Positions 24,101 through 53,993 of a stretch of 64,000 nt of DNA are shown piece after piece (position 1 is the stretch's first letter; every line of letters begins with the position of its first letter). The position numbers and the translations under genes are program-made. Source of the stretch: Raillietiella orientalis (taxonomy: Eukaryota); contig JAYWIR010000003.1 of NCBI GenBank assembly GCA_036172245.1, forward strand, positions 4,774,001 through 4,838,000, read 5' to 3'. Under the pieces are notes generated by a model. It did not search any database and had not been told where the DNA came from. It was given only the letters and a program-made list of their open reading frames with translations.

Positions 24101-27100
24101 GCGGCGAGCTGTGTATTTGAGGGACGCGAAGGATCTCGCGGATACTGCCGCCCGAGGTGGGCTCTCACCTTCCCAGCGGGAAGCGCCGAGTGATCCGAGC
24201 AGACGGGGGAAGGGACGCGATGCCAATTAAGGGAAACGTCAACGGGGCTCCGGCCGAGAGCTCCTTCCGGTTGCGAGGGAACCTGAGCGCCGCACCGGCA
24301 GAAGCGACAGGTGCTGTTTCCCAAGGGCGGAACGAAGGATGAAAAGGAACGCCGGAACGAGGAGGAGGAGAAGCGCGTGCTAGTGAGGCCCCGGCCCCGC
24401 GGTTCCTGAAGGAGACTCGCCCATCGAGCCTCTCACTCTCCCAACCCGCGTCGTCCAACCGAGGCTGGGGGTCCTTCCTGCTTTGCGCGACTTGCGAGCG
24501 ACGCGCTCCCTCCGAGGTCACCCACTGTCTTCATCCCCACTTCTTATCTCGAAATGGGGCCGGAGGGCGCTTTCGGTGGGCAAGCTCTTAAAGTCGCTCG
24601 TCCCGCCCCGCGCCGGGAGGAAGGGGAAGAGCAGAAAGGCGTGAGAAAATTACGGGACACGGAGCCAAAATCACGGGAACCGGAACTCCTGGAAGGCCAC
24701 CGCCGGCGATCTGCTAGGAACTTCTGTCTTCATTGTGATCTCCTCGACCCACCTTCAACCAGAAATTGCCCCGTCGCCCGCCACCGAAACCTCCCTGCCC
24801 GCGCGACACTTTGGCGGGATGCGGGCAGCTCGGCTGGGATGGAGGTCGTGGAGGAACGGCGACCACCGTCGTCGTCACAGCCCCAGGGGCCGCCGCAGCA
24901 GCAGCAGCAGCTCACCCGAAGGAGAAGATCTGAGCGCCGGCTGGGAATGAAAGGGCCGATTAGGAATTCTGGTCCTCGGGGAGGGGACTCTCGGGGGGTC
25001 TTCGTCAGGCGGGAGCATCCCTTGCGGTCGATCTCCATGGCAGGGACGCTACGCGTAGCTCCCCCGATCCCGCTCCCCGTGCCCACTCGACACGTGGGGA
25101 GCGGAAAGACCCTGCTGTTGCCCTCCTTCTCTCCCTGGGGGATGGGGGCTCCTAAGTCTTCCCTAGTGCAGAATCACGCGGTGGGGGTGCGGACTTCCCC
25201 CTCCCCTCCATTCCCTCAGTTCCCTCGCCTCGCCTCTGCCCGGCCTCAGTGGCGGGGTCCTCCCTCCTGTCCCCCATTTTCTTTCCGAGAAGCAAGGAGA
25301 GTGGCATCACCTCCCCTCCCCACCCCCCGCGGGCTCCCCGCAGCGGTGTACTCGGTCCTCGGGGAAGAGTTTGGCCGCCTGACCCGCTCTCCGATCGCTC
25401 CCTCAACCTGCCCCACCCCATGCTCGTTTCCTGACTTCTGACTGGGTGGGGGGAGCTGCGGCTCCTCTTCCCGCCTCTTCCTCAGGGTCATCTCCCGGCT
25501 GGGCTCGGCGGCCTCCTCCGGCCTGGCTTCCCGGTGCGAGCAGCTGCGCGAGTCCTTCACGGCGCGGCAGGTACGCTTCTGCCGGCAGCACCCGGGCTTC
25601 ATGGACAGCGTGGCGGCCGGCGCCATCTCGGCTCTGCGCGAGTGCCAGTTCCAGTTCCAGAGGCGGCGGTGGAATTGCAGCGGGCCCTCGGCGGCCGTGG
25701 CGGCTGCGGCGGAACCCGGTAGGCAAGGGCTCCCCGGGCGCCTCAGGCCTCATCCCGCAGCAGCCAACAGCCCCCCTTTCCCCGGAGGCGACGGAGGCGG
25801 CGGAAATGGGTCGACCCCGCAAGCGGGGCACCGCCGGAAGGCGCGCAAGGCTCCTTTGGCCCCTAAGGGCACCCGGGAGGCCGCCTTCGTGCACGCCATC
25901 TCGTCGGCGGGCGTCGCCTTCGCCGTCACGCGCGCCTGCTCGGGCGGATCCATCTCGGACTGCGGTTGCGACAGCACCGCCCGCGAGCCCGGGAGGGACT
26001 TCTACTGGTCCGGTTGCTCGGACAACGTGGACTTCGGGACGACCCTGTCCAGGACCTTCGTGGACGCCAGGGAGCACCAAATCACCAGGAGGGCGCTGCA
26101 GAGGGCCCGGCAGGGGGTTGCTGCCTCCGACGTCCCGCGCAGGCGCGCGGGCGGCCTAGACGACCTCGTCCACGCCCTCGTCAACCTGCACAACAACGAG
26201 GCGGGCCGCAAGGTCAGTCCAACCTGGGCGTCCAACTCACGGGAGGTGACCTCGGAAGCACTTGCCGCCAGAGGGCGCGCGCACTCCGCCGTCACATCGG
26301 CACGGGAGTGCCTCCCGGAGGACCATCGGGGATAGGGGACGGGGAGGGATGCCCTCCGCCGCTTTCGTCCACCCCGACGGGACCTCCTCCCAGACCCAGG
26401 TGTGGGCTTGTGCGCCCTCCACTCCCCCCTTCCCTCAGGAGGGGACCTCCTCCCGAAGGTAGGGGCGTTCCCCGGGGCGGTGAGCCCACAGCAAGGCATC
26501 GCCGCAGGGCAGAAGGGGAGGAACGCGCGCACCGCCTGCACCCGGCCGCGGCGGCCAATCATCGGCCGCCTCCTCCGTCCGCGGGCGGGGCCCTTCCCAC
26601 TGGAAGCAACGCGTGCTCGCGCTCGGGCTTCCCCTCACGCCCCGCCCCGCTCCAGAGCTCTCCTACGACGGCGGTGGTCACCGGGTGGGTGGAGGGGTGG
26701 GGGTCGGAGGAGGCAATGCTGTTCCACGAGGTGGGCGACAACTCCCTTCCTTCCCCTTCCCCTCCCCCTCCTCTGCCCCATCCTCGCTACCTCCCGGTGA
26801 ATTTCCTGCCGGAAGGGCGGCTGGACTTCCCCAGTGGCTCGCCGACGGTCGCGGGAAGCTGCGGGTGGGGGGGAAGGTGAGAATGGGAGATTGACACCTT
26901 CGATCAGTACTTCCCTACGTATGGATGGGAGACAGACAACCCTCTCGCGCCTCGGGCGAGGCCACGCCTCCCGGCGCTGCGGCTGCAGGACGTCCTTCGG
27001 GGAAGGGGTGGAGGAGGAGGGGAGGGGACGCACTGACCCCCCTGGATTCTGAGCACCACCATCACCCTGCGGCGGACTTTGCAGGCCATCGAGCGGAACA

Positions 27101-28325
27101 TGCGGCGGGAGTGCAAGTGCCACGGGGTCTCTGGCTCCTGCGAGCTGAAGACGTGCTGGAGGTCCATGCCCAGCTTCCGGGAGGTAAGGAAGGATTCCGG
27201 GTGTCTTCTCCTAGCGCGGCGAGGGGAGGAGGGACCGGAGATCCCCTCTCCTCCCGTTCCTCCGTCTCTCCGGAAGACTTCCAAGGACCCGAAATTGCGG
27301 AGGTCGCGCGGCCCCAGGGGGTGTCCAACGAGCGCTCTCTGCCGCGCCGTCGTTGCGGGGCGACCGAAGGGCACCCCCTTTGCGGCATGAGCCTACCCTC
27401 TTGCGTGAGGGAGCGAGGAGGAGAGGCAGGTGGGGAGTCCCCGCTTGCTCTCCCGCGCACGAAACTGGTCGCCTCCCACCCTCCCAGGCGCCCCCCATCC
27501 CCATCCGATTGTCCTTCCTCGCCCTGCGGACGAGAGGCCCTTCCGCAGAGACGCCTAGGGAGGCGCCCCTCCTCCGACGCACCGGGGATCTCCTACCGGA
27601 GAGAGGAGGGCCTTGTCGGAGCGGGATGGCCGAGGGTGCCGCGCGCACTTCCCGCCACCCCCTCATCTCCACTTTCCGGGAGCGAGCGAGGCGAGGTTGG
27701 ACCTGGGATCTTCGTCCTCCCGGAGATGGGAGCCCTCCTGCTAGCAGCGTGAGGTGCGCCGGCAGGTAGAGCGCGGGGCGGGGAGAGGATTCCCCCCCCC
27801 CCTTTTCCCTTCCCCGGGGGAAGCGCCGCCCCATCCCCTTTCCCACTCTGTGGGGCGGATGGAGGGCATCCCGGACGCCGCGCGCGCCTCCGTCTTCCAG
27901 GTGGGCCACCTGCTGAAGAGCAAGTTCGATGGCGCCACCGAGGTGCGCCCGCACACCGCCGACTCGCGCCGCGTGCTGCTGCCCAGGCATGCCCACTACA
28001 AGCCCCAGACGGACGCCGACCTCGTGTACGTGGCCAGGTCGCCCAGCTTCTGCGAGCCGGACGCCAGGCTGGGCTCTCCTGGAACCCACGGGCGCCGCTG
28101 CAACCGGGTAAGTGGAGAGTCGCGAGACGCGGGGGGAGCGGTCCGAGTGGACTCCTCCTCCAGACGTCCCACGGCGTCGACGGCTGCGAGCTGCTGTGCT
28201 GCAACCGCGGCTACCAGACGCGCTTCGCAGAGTCCGCCGAGATGTGCCACTGCAAGTTCCAGTGGTGCTGCCATGTCCACTGCAATACCTGCGTCCGGCG
28301 GATGGAGCTCCACAGGTGCCTCTAG
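21175..28325 (+). CDS. Wnt4: Wnt4-family ligand, 5 exons, 422 aa
   Basis: Exons 21175-21248 (signal peptide [25 protein letters not shown]), 25486-26212, 27085-27183, 27901-28107 and 28164-28325; all GT-AG and phase-consistent. Motifs [56 protein letters not shown] (lipidated Ser), [16 protein letters not shown] and CKFQWCC fit Wnt4 best. Confidence 0.93.
22445..22465. repeat. (CT)n microsatellite in Wnt4 intron 1
   Basis: Read directly; similar tracts occur at ~23342-23364 and ~58114-58142. Confidence 0.85.
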
Positions 28326-31272
28326 CGGTCCGTCACGCCCGGGGGGTGCTGGCGCTGGGGCCTCCAGGGCGGGCGACGAGGCGGAAAGCAGGCAACAGGA
28401 CGAGCATCCGTTCTGCCGCCGCCTCAGCCGCCGCGCGCTGGTGACCGACTTGTCTTTCCTCCCCTCCTCCCCCGCCTCTCTCTTTCCCGGCCAGCACCCT
28501 TGCCCGTTCCCACGCCAGGAAAAAAAAAGCAAGGAGCGGGACAGGGGAACCAGGCGAGAAAAAAAGGAAAAAGAAACCCCCGCTGCTCTTGCATGGGCCG
28601 CGACCCAAGAAGCCTTTCACCTCCTGACCTCCGACGAAACGGAGCGCTGGGGATCGGGGAGTTCCGTGTGGAGGTCGGCAAGGCCGGCTCGGCTGCTGCC
28701 GGTCGGCCCTGAGCGCAGTGAGATGGCGTCGCGCCCTTCGCATCCTCGGCCGCGGTCTAGTGGCGGGGGGAGCGACCTTGAAAGGCGCGGGGGGAGCGAG
28801 GGACATGAGACGATGACCCAGTCCCGTCCTGCTTCTTCCCTTGACGTGGTCGAGGGGCTCCGTAACAGCGATCCCGGCCGCTTCCGAGAGGCCCTGCCTT
28901 CCCGAAGCCAACGAAGGACCAGTAGGACAGTGGAACGAACGCGCCGGAAGGGTGAGGCGAACCCTGTGAGGAGTTGGCATCCCTAAGACGGTGCACAAGG
29001 GGAGCAGGAGCAGGTCATCCCCGACTCCAGCCCAGCAACGATCCCTCTTTCCCCCCCCCTCCTCCGCTGGCGTCGGAACCCGCAACCCGGACGCTCCTCT
29101 CTTTCCCTACTCTCCTCCGAGCGCCCTCGGTGACGGCTGAGCTCCGGAAGGAACACCCTTCCTGTTCGCCAGCTCCCCTTGTCGTTGGGAGCTCTGCCGC
29201 GAGGGCTCTTCTGTAGGGCGAGCGAGCCTGCCCGTCCCTCTTGCGTCACGTGAATGGATGCCGTCTTCCCTCCTTCTTTCCTTTCTCTTCCACCTGGGTC
29301 ACCTGTCCGGGGCGGGAAGTGGCCAGGAAGCGTGAGACGAACCAGGGAAGCAGGCCCCTCGCGTGCCCTCCGGGCAGCTCTCGGCGGTGTGCCCAACAGC
29401 AGAGGCAGAAAGCCGTGGGCGTCTTCCGCGACCCGCAACCTACGCCCCCTCGTAAATCGCGTCGTTGTTTCCTGCGCGGCCGACCTTCGCCCGGTTCCTT
29501 TTGCCTTCCACGTCGCTCACAGGGCGGCGACGGAGCGAGGAGCACAGCCCGTACTCGCGACCTGACCAGTTTCCCGGCCTTGGAGGGAAGAGGAGGTGGA
29601 GGGGTGTCCAGCTCGTGGCCCGTGGTTTCTTCCGACCTACTCTCCCGAGATGAGGGAGGAATGGAAGCGCACGAGTTCCTTCTCTGCCGTGTTCTTCCTA
29701 TCTCCGGTCCATCCTTGGGGGTGCCTACCCGGAAGAGGGGGCGCCGGGGAAAATCCGGGACCTGCGTATCTTGGATTGCTGAATCTCTGGATTTCAAATA
29801 AATGGATTTTTTTTTTTTTTTTACCAGAAGAAAGGGATCGGCGTGTGCCATCCCGAAACGAAAGAGGCGAAGCCTCACTGGGGGAGACAAGGAGGGAGGT
29901 CGGAAAGGGAAAATGAGTGACTAGGCAGGGGAAGTGCAAGGGTCCGGCCTCGTCTGGTGGCGAACGTAACTTCCGAGGACCTGCGCTGGACAGGAACGAG
30001 AGGGGGAGAGGTGACGAAATCCAGTGCTGCTCCATCGGTGGAGACCTGTTTTGCCTAAGGGCATCCCGAGCCTCCACTCTGTGCGCCGGATGCCGCGGTC
30101 GTCTGGTCGCACTCCGCATGAGACCGCTGGCAACCACGAAGGGCTTCTTGGAGTGGCTACCATACCCTTCCACTTTAGCGCGCACGAGGCAAAAGGCAAC
30201 GAACGAGGAGGCTGGTAATCTTCTGCGGAGGAAGGAAAGGGAGAATTTGTTTGAATAGGGACGGGACCGGGAGAGAAATTCCCGATAACATCACCTCGTC
30301 CTCTCCTCTTTCCCTTCCCATCTCCCCTTCGTGGTCCGCGCGAGGGAACTGCCCACGGCTTCTCCGAAAGGACGTGGCTAAGGCCACTCTGCTTCCTCCT
30401 CACGAGCGCGCGCCTCCCAGCCTCTGCTCCGTCCAAGGACTCAAGCGGCACGCAAGGAGGTAGCCCCTCCCCCGCGGACGCCTCATTTTCTTCCCGGAGG
30501 CTCGAGTCTTTCGTTCGCCTTCCGTGCACGTGACAGAGAGGGAAAGGAAGAGGTAGCAAGGGAGGGGGGGATGAGGGGGGGAATTTTCTCCAGCTCGGGA
30601 AGGAGATAGGCGCCGGTCCATCCCGCTTCCTTGCTCCCGTAGCCGCAGCGGCCTGCCGAGGACGGGCTCTTCCCAGAAGACGCGCACACAGGGAAGAAGC
30701 TCCCTCGGGAGGAAAACGGTCCGGATCCAAGAAGCTCACTCACGCACGTGAGAGGTGCATCCTCGCCGGGAGCGGAGCCGCGGCGGCGGCCTCCTCAAAC
30801 GCCCGACGCGATTGGCTTCCACGGATACGCGGAAGGAGCAGCTCGGTCGCTCTTTCCCCGTGTTCGCGGTTCGTTCACGAAGGCGCGAATCGGCGTCTCG
30901 CAGCAGCTGCTCCGCGACCGAGACGGCAGGCAGGGCGCGAGTCCCCTTCCGGGAGGAAGGAGGGGGGGGGACTAGCGGGCAGACTGCGGAGCGAAAAAGG
31001 CGCTAAAGGAAAAGAAAAGAAAAGAAAGGTAACACCGGCGGGGAGCGATGCGACCCTCTTCGCACCTCCATAAGGGAAATGGAGTCGGTAGAAGGAGGAG
31101 AACGGAAACGCTCCCGCTGCCCTGGCGATCCCACGCCGTCGCAGTCCACAGAGATTCTTCTCTCCAGCTCGCGGCCCTGGATCCCTTTCCTGGTGAACGA
31201 AACTTGCAGGAACTCGAGTCCCTGATAAGGTGTGCGGGTTCCGTGCTGGCGTGGAAGAGAGAGACCGCGCCC

Positions 31273-31340
31273 GCGTCGGAGGCTTTGTGGTTAAGGCTTC
31301 CGCGCGTGGCACCATGCGTCGCGGGTTCGAATACTTGGGC
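31273..31340 (+). other. Degenerate tRNA-like sequence (possible tRNA pseudogene or SINE head)
   Basis: A-box-like ggctttgtggttaaggc can form a D-stem, and B-box-like ggttcgaatac follows at tRNA spacing. The anticodon, T and acceptor stems do not pair. Confidence 0.25.
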
Positions 31341-31790
31341 AGATAACTTGACGCCATTGCGTCGTTTGGGTTCCGAGTTTCTCCTGCAACGGCGCTGGTT
31401 GGCCGAGACATTCGGGCGTGGCCCCGGCGGTGGATAAAGCCGGCGGCCTCCCGATGAAGGCCGGAACAATGGGAGTCGACCTTCGGGTCCTCCCAGGAAT
31501 AAAGGAGTGGGGAGTTCCCCCTCCTGTGTGCAAAGGAGAGTGGACCCCCGTCACCGGGGGGACCGCCTCCGGTTTCAAGATGGAGCAGGAGCCCTCACGG
31601 GCACCTCTCCAGTCGTTCAAAGGAACGGACCCCCTTGTTGGGGGGTCCCTCCTAGTCGTCGCCTCTTCACAGAGTGTGTACAAAGGAAAGAAGCTAAGCG
31701 AGAGCGATTCCCTGCGGGAAGCTGCAGCGCCCCTTCTGAGTTTCGGAAGCACCCCTGTGGGGGTTGTCTTCAGAGGAGTGAATAAAGGAG

Positions 31791-31960
31791 CGGTTCCCTT
31801 GCGGGTTCCCTCCGGAGAAGAAATTCCTAGAAGCGGATCCTTTCCGGGTTCCCTTCGGAGAAGTTGAAATGGAGAGGACCACCACCCCGCAAGGGGGGGG
31901 GGGTGTCCCTCCGGAGAGAATGAGGAAGGAGAGTTCCCTTCGGGGTTCCCCTTCGGAGAC
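31791..31960. repeat. Cluster of short degenerate repeats, GGGTTCCCTYCGGAGA
   Basis: Copies near 31803, 31846, 31902 and 31943, with partial copies at 31792 and 31933. Confidence 0.7.
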
Positions 31961-33723
31961 AACCAGGGTGGGAGGTGAGATCCCCCCGTCCGGGGGGGAT
32001 CCCTCCCCAAGCGTGAGAGGAACGGACTCCGAGCCCTTCCTGGATTCAATAGGGCGGACCCCATCCCGGGGTGCCCCCTATCCTGAAGAATACTACACTG
32101 AAGAATTACACGCCTCCCCCTGCGGGTTGCCGCGGACAGGCGTGGAAACAAAACAGTGTGTTAATGTTTAAAAAGAGCCACGCGCGCCGCGAGGCACGCT
32201 ACCGGCTCTGAGGTACTTAGCGAACCAAAAAAAAAAAAAAGAAGAGAGAGACCGCCAATGGTCTCCAAGGCGTCGCCGTCAGCGCGAGGACCTTTCATCA
32301 GCTTCGAGAGCACGCAAGTCGGCAAGGGATGCTACTGCAGACCCAACAGGCGGTGGGTGTCCCCCAAGGCCTCCTTGGGGAAAGCAGCCGTTCCTTCTTA
32401 CACGGAGTTGCCCCCGGTCTGAGGGAGATTGCCCGAGGGGGAAAAAAGCTGCTCCCTGAGGGTGGAGTTGAAGCTCTTCCGCTCGCAACCGGGAAGAGAT
32501 GAGGAGGACGCATAGACCGAAGTCCCCACGATCAACTGGGACAGTGAGCTGGAAAGTGGGGGCAGAAAAATGGGGTGGGCTCCCCTACCACCTACACGCG
32601 CTTTCTCCTCGCCTCCCCGGCCACGCGTCCGCTTCCAACAGACCCTCGCACGGGGAGCGCGCGCCACATCCATGATCGATGCATCCAGTCAACCCCAGGG
32701 AGGTAGGGGCGAAAGGAGGATGCACGGTGCATCCCATGCTGCGCTCCCTCTTCCGTGGGGATGTCCCTGGAGGGAGCGAAAAAGGAGTTCTCGCTTCCTT
32801 TTTGGAACGAAAACCTTGTCTTCCCGCAGTCCCGGAAATGACGACCGTCGCCGAGGCGACTCCTCAAGACGCAGCGGCTGGTGCGGCCGTTCCCACGGCC
32901 CAAGTGCTCTCTAGTCGGACCTGGAGGCTCCCTGATCCGACATGGTGCCTCACCCCCGGGGGGTGAGAGAGAGACCCTGGAGGTTCCCTTCCTCCCGTTG
33001 GCGGCGCGCTCCACCGGGGCGAGACGGTCGCTCCGGCAACCCAAGAAGCCTTCCGGTCCTCTTCCACCTCCTCTAGAGGACAAGGCAAAGAGGAGGGAAA
33101 CTCCGCATGGGGGCCGAGCAGGGACAAGGGACTTCCACATCTTCCTTTCGCAGGGAAGCTCCTGTCGTCGTGAGTTGGGGCCAGGGCCGGTAGAAAAACG
33201 AACCTAGCTACTTCCGGGACTGCCGGGCCACGAAATGGGCCACGTAAAACAAAAGGAGTGGGTGGGAGTTGGAGAGTAGGAGGAGGAGAAGGGAGTGTAT
33301 GACCTTTCCTCCTGTCTACCCCCTTCTAGGGACCTCCGGGCTCCATCGGAACGGGAAGCGAGGGAAGGCACAAACCGGAAAGGGAGGGGGGGTCCAAAAG
33401 CAGTCTGGATTTCAGGAGGAAGGACGGAGATTTCTCGGAAAGTAAGAGAGAGAGAGAGGACGGGAGAAGGAGGGGAGATGGGAGAGGAGGAGGCAGAGCC
33501 TGGGAAGCCTTTTTATTGTTCCGTTTACGATCGCCGTCACACGGCTTCTTCTATCGTTCCCTCCGGCCCCAAGTATTTTGATTGCTCCGTCAGCCCGCAG
33601 CTGACAACAAAGTCGCCCGCGTTCCACTGTTAGCCACAGTCTGAGTCAACAGGTGGAGGCTCCGGAAAGGAAGAGAAAAAGACAAAAAAAAGCCTTCCTC
33701 TTCATTGTCTTGAAACCAACACT

Positions 33724-33779
33724 CACACACACACACACACTCGCGCGCGCGCTCACACGCACGCACGCGAACGCACACA
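33724..33779. repeat. Compound (CA)n/(CG)n alternating purine-pyrimidine tract
   Basis: cacacacacacacacac-t-cgcgcgcgcgc-t-cacacgcacgcacgcg read directly. Confidence 0.85.
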
Positions 33780-34016
33780 TAAAAACAAAGGCTTTTGTTC
33801 TACTGTTTGTTCTTTCCCGATTTTCTTTTTCCTTTTTGGTCTTTTAAAGGCAATTCGGAAACTTCCCACGCCTGCAGGTTTCCTTTTTCTTTTTCTTTCT
33901 TTCTTTCCTTTTCTTTTTTTTTGCATTTTGAACAACCCTATTCTCTTCCTTAGCATTCGTGCAACCATTTTCACCTTTACCACCCAATATTTCTCCGCAC
34001 TAGCCCCAGTTGCACC

Positions 34017-35690
34017 ATGAATCAGCCTGCACCGAGTGAATCGTCCGGTAGGCCTGTTGTAACTTGGTGGTGGTGGTGGTGGTAGAGGAGAGGGGGGGGG
34101 GGGGTCACGCGCAGGCACGCACAGCCTCGTTTGGAAAACTGGGCGCTCCCTGCTGAGTGCTCCTCCTGCCGTGTAAAATGTGCACACCACGCGGTATGAT
34201 TGGAGCGCTGTTTGCTCGCTCATCCTCCCCCGGCACACACACGCAAGGAGCAGAATCTTCCTATCCGCTCCCTCTCTCTGCAGTACTTTGCGAAACAGCT
34301 AAACTGAGCTCCAAGCCGGCGACCCCCGACGGAGCGCGCTGCTTGTCGGAGGGAACCATAACAACCCCTGGTCCTGGGCGACGACCACAGCGCATCATGG
34401 CTTTCGACCAGTTCGAATAGATGGACGAAGTGGCGGAAGAAGCGGCTCTTTCCATGTCCGGAGAGACTCCCGATCGTTCGGAAAGCACTTCTCGGAGGCC
34501 AGATTTGCGGCCTCCGAAGAACTGGGTGTTCACGGCGTCCAGGAAGACGGGCAGCTAAGGAAACCTGCCCCCGCGGACCGAAGCAGATAGGAGGGGGGGC
34601 TGGAAGGCGAAAACAAGATCCGCGTGGGGCGGCAGAACGAGGATGCGCCGCGCTGGCGTGAGTTTGCCACTAGGCATGGCAATTAAGTCTGGAAACGGGA
34701 AGGAGATGACCGTTAGGGTCCGTTTCTGGGGAACCTCATCCTCGAGAGCGGCCGACAACGAATGCTTGCATGGCTCGACGCTCCCGGGCCTGCACTGCCA
34801 TCTGGGCGAAGCCCCACTCGACCCGCGGTCCTCTTTCGGTATCGAGTGGAGTTCACGGGAGGGAAGGGCTGCTGCTGGCATCATCGCCGCTGTTGACGAC
34901 AACAAGAAGCATTTTTTTTTTTTTCCTTTTCTTCCCCCGAGTGTGTGAGTACGTGCGGCTGTTTAGGGAGGGTTCGAATTTTGACGAATGAGACAAAACA
35001 TCTGCATCTGTCGATTTATGCAGGCAGCGCTGTCAAACAAGAGGTGGGTTCGGAGATGACGGCCACATAAAACTCACGTAATAACAGGAGCGCGTTTTTT
35101 TCCTGCTTGTTTGTTTGTTTGCTTTTTGCTTCCGCCGAACAAAGACGGGATGCAGCGCCCGGTCCTCTCCCGATGACGAAACGGAGCCTGCGGACCCGCT
35201 TTTAAGGGAACCAGACCCGAGTGTTTTTATTAGCTATCCGGAATTTAATGACACGGCTGTGGAGGAAGCAAGACGGGCGTCTCCTCGGAAGTGGGTGATG
35301 GATGAAGAGCGTAACGAGCGGCGTTCGCAACGGACCCGGCCCCCGCGTGTTGACAGAATCCGTCCGCCTCGAGGAAGCTTCTTCGGTTCGCCCGGAGCGC
35401 CGCGAGCGCTCCGGGCGCGTCACCCGCGCAGGTCGCCCCGTTGGCAGGAGCGGAGGCGCTGCCGTCGCAGCGCCACCCCGCGTTTGCCCCAACCTCCGCG
35501 GGGCGCTGCCGTCGTCGCCGGCGAGACGTTCGTTCGTTCGTTCTCTCCCGTCTGTTTGACGGTCGCTGCCTTAACGGCGGCGTCGCCAATCGCTGGCACG
35601 CAGTTTTATCGCGCGAGGAAGGAGGGGACGACGGTGACGGGGGCGAAGAATTCGAGATTTATAGTGACCAAAGAAAAAAAAAATAAAGGA
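34017..35690 (+). CDS. Possible small spliced gene of unknown function
   Basis: Exon ATG 34017-34047|gtaggc joins in phase to ctctctctgcag|34284 (MNQPAPSESS|VLCETAKLSSKP...). A further protein-like frame near 35145-35330 and AATAAA at ~35682. The model is not closed. Confidence 0.25.
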
Positions 35691-36496
35691 AAAAGAAAAA
35701 AAAAAGCGCCATCTGCATCTCGCACTTGCCGCGATTACACGTGTATCCGTCAAACAGCTACAAGGGGCACCGAATGAGGAGAAAGAAAAAAGCGAGGACT
35801 TTCTCGCTGCGCCGCGTGCGCGAACGGCCGCACGAAGGGGCAAGGTCTCCTCCGAAGTGCGTGGGCGCGTTTTGGTGCATTCCCTACCACGCCTCTCTCC
35901 ACCACCAACACAGGAACTGCTTCCAGAAGGCTTGACCCACCTAGGGTCGAACCGTCTCTTCCACCTCTCTCCCTTCGGGGAATATGGACGCAGAGGGGAG
36001 GAAGCAGGGGGAGCAAGGTGAGGGGACAAATTGGGGAAGGTGACTCTCGGAGACCCAGGCAGGCGCGCCGGCGCCGCTCCTCCTCCTTTACCCCTACGCT
36101 CCTTCGACCCGCCCGGACTCTGCCAAACTGGGTGGCCGACGATGTCCCTCCCCCCCCATCCCTCCCCTGCACTTCTCGGAGGCACCTCCGCAACAGGGCG
36201 CCGCCGGGAAGGCCCTCCCTCGCTTCCCGAAAAGAGACCGGTAGAGGTGGCTCTTGCGCTCCCCTCCACGCGCGGGAGGAAGGAACTGCTGATGACGTCA
36301 CCGGAGGACGCACGTGCGCGGCTGGAGAAGGCGGAAGCATCCGACGGGAGAGCGCCTGGAGGACGCGAGAAGGGTGGTGACCCACTCCTCGTGTAAGCTG
36401 CCCTCCTCCTCCCCTCTCCCCCCATCCCAGCCCGCCCGTTCCGGAAGCCCACGAGGGGTGAGCTGGCTGCGAAGCGAAGAGGCGGGCGTAGAAGCG

Positions 36497-36502
36497 TTTA
36501 TT
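36497..36502 (-). promoter_or_regulatory. Candidate polyadenylation signal of unc-104
   Basis: AATAAA on the minus strand ~125 nt after the stop codon, in otherwise GC-rich sequence. Confidence 0.55.
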
Positions 36503-36626
36503 TTCCCGGGGGTGTTGGTGAAGGCAGCGGAGCGGGTCCTGTGGCGACGGCGTCTCCCGCGGGAGGCGTCGGTGGAGCGGGAGACTCCAGCGGGGTCTGC
36601 GGTGGCGGCATCTTCCCGCCCGTCTC

Positions 36627-53993
<17,367 letters not shown>

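Noticed and set aside
34500..34555. Minus-strand frame LPVFLDAVNTQFFGGRK resembling an amidated neuropeptide
   Set aside because: No signal-peptide exon or repeated peptide found; a single GRK is expected by chance.
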